Assembly: GCA_964247055.1 (NCBI GenBank)
Contig: OZ176053.1
Span: forward strand, 4,402,001 to 4,466,000
Direction of reading: 5' to 3'
Length of the DNA stretch: 64,000 nucleotides
From: Paragordius varius
Lineage: Eukaryota > Animalia > Nematomorpha
Position 1 is the stretch's first letter; every line of letters begins with the position of its first letter. A program made the translations under genes and the position numbers. Below are positions 61,573-64,000 of this stretch, one piece after another. Below the pieces are notes generated by a model, which made no database searches, had not been told where the DNA came from, and saw only the letters and a program-made list of their open reading frames with translations.

Positions 61573-64000
61573 ATGCTTTCTACAAGAAATTTGAAATTTT
61601 TGCATTATGCTAATAAAACCTTATTTAAATATTTAACAATATCTGTTGATATTAAAGAGGAAAATAACAAAGATAAAAAATTAGGCCAATTAAAAATGGA
61701 ATTTGAAATGTTAAAATATGAAATGATTGCGCAACGAACTTTATCTCAAAAGAAATTTAGTGATGACGCTTCAGAGATTTCTTTCATCAAAATTCCGGAA
61801 GAAGTGGAAGATAAAGATTGGGAATATCTTCTTACTTTGCCTGGGAAGGCTCAAAGAATAAAATATTACCGGTATTATCGATATTTTGTTTTATTAAACC
61901 ATTTTTTATTATAATTATTTATTATTTTCGGATCGACGGGATAAGAAAATTAAATTAAAAGCCCTTATTATGATAATTTAATGTATATATATGTATATAT
62001 TATGGTATTTAAAGATCAATATCTGTTTTAAAACCATTTTAGATGTTTATGTCAAATTTAAATGTCTTTTAGTTTTATTTTCTTACTTTTTGATTATATT
62101 TGATATAGTTTTTATATTTTATCACAATGCTTTTTCAATCGGTAAATACTCACTATTCAAATTTTTTCCTGTGGTGTTTACATATCGCATTAACGGACCA
62201 CCGACATATGTAAAATATGGTTAGATATCATTTTTGATACTTTATTTTACCCCCTTTTATGTTTTGTTAAAAAACTTTTCTAATATATATTTTAGATAGG
62301 TTTCTAATTTCTTTTTTATTTATAAATTACGTTAGATATATGTATATAAATATTCCCGAATTTTCGTCCATTTTGATTTAATTTGGCATTGACACATTTG
62401 AAAACTTTGTTTAACTGCGAGGTAAAGTATCCACAGGTGGTGTGATTAAGAATTGCATATAACACTTCTGGAAAAATTTCCATTTGTGAAAATTTAGTTT
62501 GTTCAACAGATACATTAATCTTTGTGTTAGCACCAAATCTACAATATGGATCAGAAATATCGGCACGGAAAAACACGCCCAACACTAAATTTCTGCAATC
62601 AGAACGTAGACTTTTGAATAAAATCTTATATTTGCATGACCCCAAGAACTATTATTACACAACGAACCATGACCTTCACACAATGCTACAAATAACATCA
62701 ATAGTCTATGTTATTTTAATAAGTTGTTAAGATATACGCACATACCTTGTAGACAACCCCATCCAATATTTTACAATGTTACAAAATTAAGTCTACACTG
62801 CAAGAAATACTAGTGCAACCCATAAAACTTTTGCAAACATTTTAAAAATGATCTAGCACAACACAATTTTAACATAGATTAGATAATAGAAAGTTATGCA
62901 TAAAACAATTAAAAGATACATTTCTTTTATGATTATCTCCTCAATGAATATTTTTTGGAAATTGTCCGCAACTAATATCCTCTGAGAAGCGCGTTTATAA
63001 TTTAGGGCTCATCAATGTCCTTTAATTTATTTCTTTTTTTTTCGATAAGGATTTTTTTTAATTTTATATTGAGATTCCACTTGTTAACAGAAATAATTTT
63101 GATATTTGTCTGACAATCTTATAAATATTTTTCATCCAAATCACACCAAATATACCCTGCTTTGTAGTAACTATTCTTATCCCGCATTAATCCAATTTTT
63201 TAACTGTAAGGCGAAAACCTGCCAACTGTTTTTAAGATTAACTAAAACAACGCGATTTACCAATAATTTAAAATATTTGATCATTCTATTTGATAGCCTT
63301 ATCCTCTCTAATATCTATAGGTGTATTTCAAGTTTGCCGTAAATTACCGATTAATTACTCTTAAAATATACTTCGAAAAATACATGAATATTTTGTATAA
63401 ATACCGTAAATTAATATCCCAATACCTTAAATTTTTTGAATAGCTTAATATAACGATTGGGATTTTGTTTTTTAACTATGGCCATATAGATAGATATTAG
63501 ATAGCCAGTACCACGGTTAAAACAACACTTTCTATCTACAATATCGATTCTTCAATTTTGTCTGAATATAATTTTTTGAATATCATATTTTGATAAATAT
63601 TTGTCTTATCATTAAAATAAAATTGGAATGAAACGCTAATAAGAAAGGCCAAAAAGAATCTTATTTTCGCCTGATCCTATGTCAATAAATTATATATTTA
63701 ATGAATTTTTACGGATCTTCTTCTGACAAAAATTAACACCAATATTTTTCATCTTTTGCATAAACATTCTAATAATCTAATATTATCTTGTTAATAATTA
63801 TTTTGGTAATGTTATGTTCATAAAATTTATTTGCCGTTAAAGTCAATATAAATTTTACAGTATAAACTTAAGTCGTTTTAAAAGTATTACCCTCAAAAAA
63901 ATTAATATTATGTGTTTTGATTTAAATAGCTATAAAAGATATTTATACCCCCTTTTTCTTTTCTCGTTGTTCAGGTATCTTTTCAAAAATGAAATGGCAA
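61573..64000 (+). CDS. TRMT10C: Mitochondrial RNase P protein 1 / tRNA methyltransferase 10C, 5' partial. Exons: 61573-61871, 63975->64000
   Basis: It has a presequence-like N-terminus and the segment IKIPEEVEDKDWEYLLTLPGKAQRIKYYR|YLFKNEMA, typical of the MRPP1 N-terminal region. The junction is phase-2 GT-AG. The gene runs off the window. Confidence 0.8.

Overview
Very AT-rich animal genomic DNA, read by eye without database searches. I assembled nine or ten spliced protein-coding genes by checking reading frame and exon phase: a possible MED29-like ORF, TMEM55/PIP4P, a ~1400-aa CTLD-CUB-EGF single-pass receptor, CCDC77-like, an enlarged ADAT2, UBE2K, LSM12-like, C2orf69-like, a MARVEL/CMTM protein and the 5' part of TRMT10C. 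They lie among many DNA-transposon relics (mariner, hAT, Chapaev3-like) and MITEs. The most striking property is a class of ultra-short spliceosomal introns: 13 introns of 21-26 nt with a mode at 23 nt, almost all lacking the +5 G. They occur in six host genes and inside a transposase gene, and they coexist with kilobase, transposon-filled introns in the same genes. Other notable points: a near-perfect ~830-bp fold-back duplication of a transposase inside an ADAT2 intron; two divergent genes whose ATGs are 41 nt apart; and a GC-rich, possibly structured island split by a hAT insertion. The standard genetic code fits all genes. The organism cannot be named from the sequence alone.
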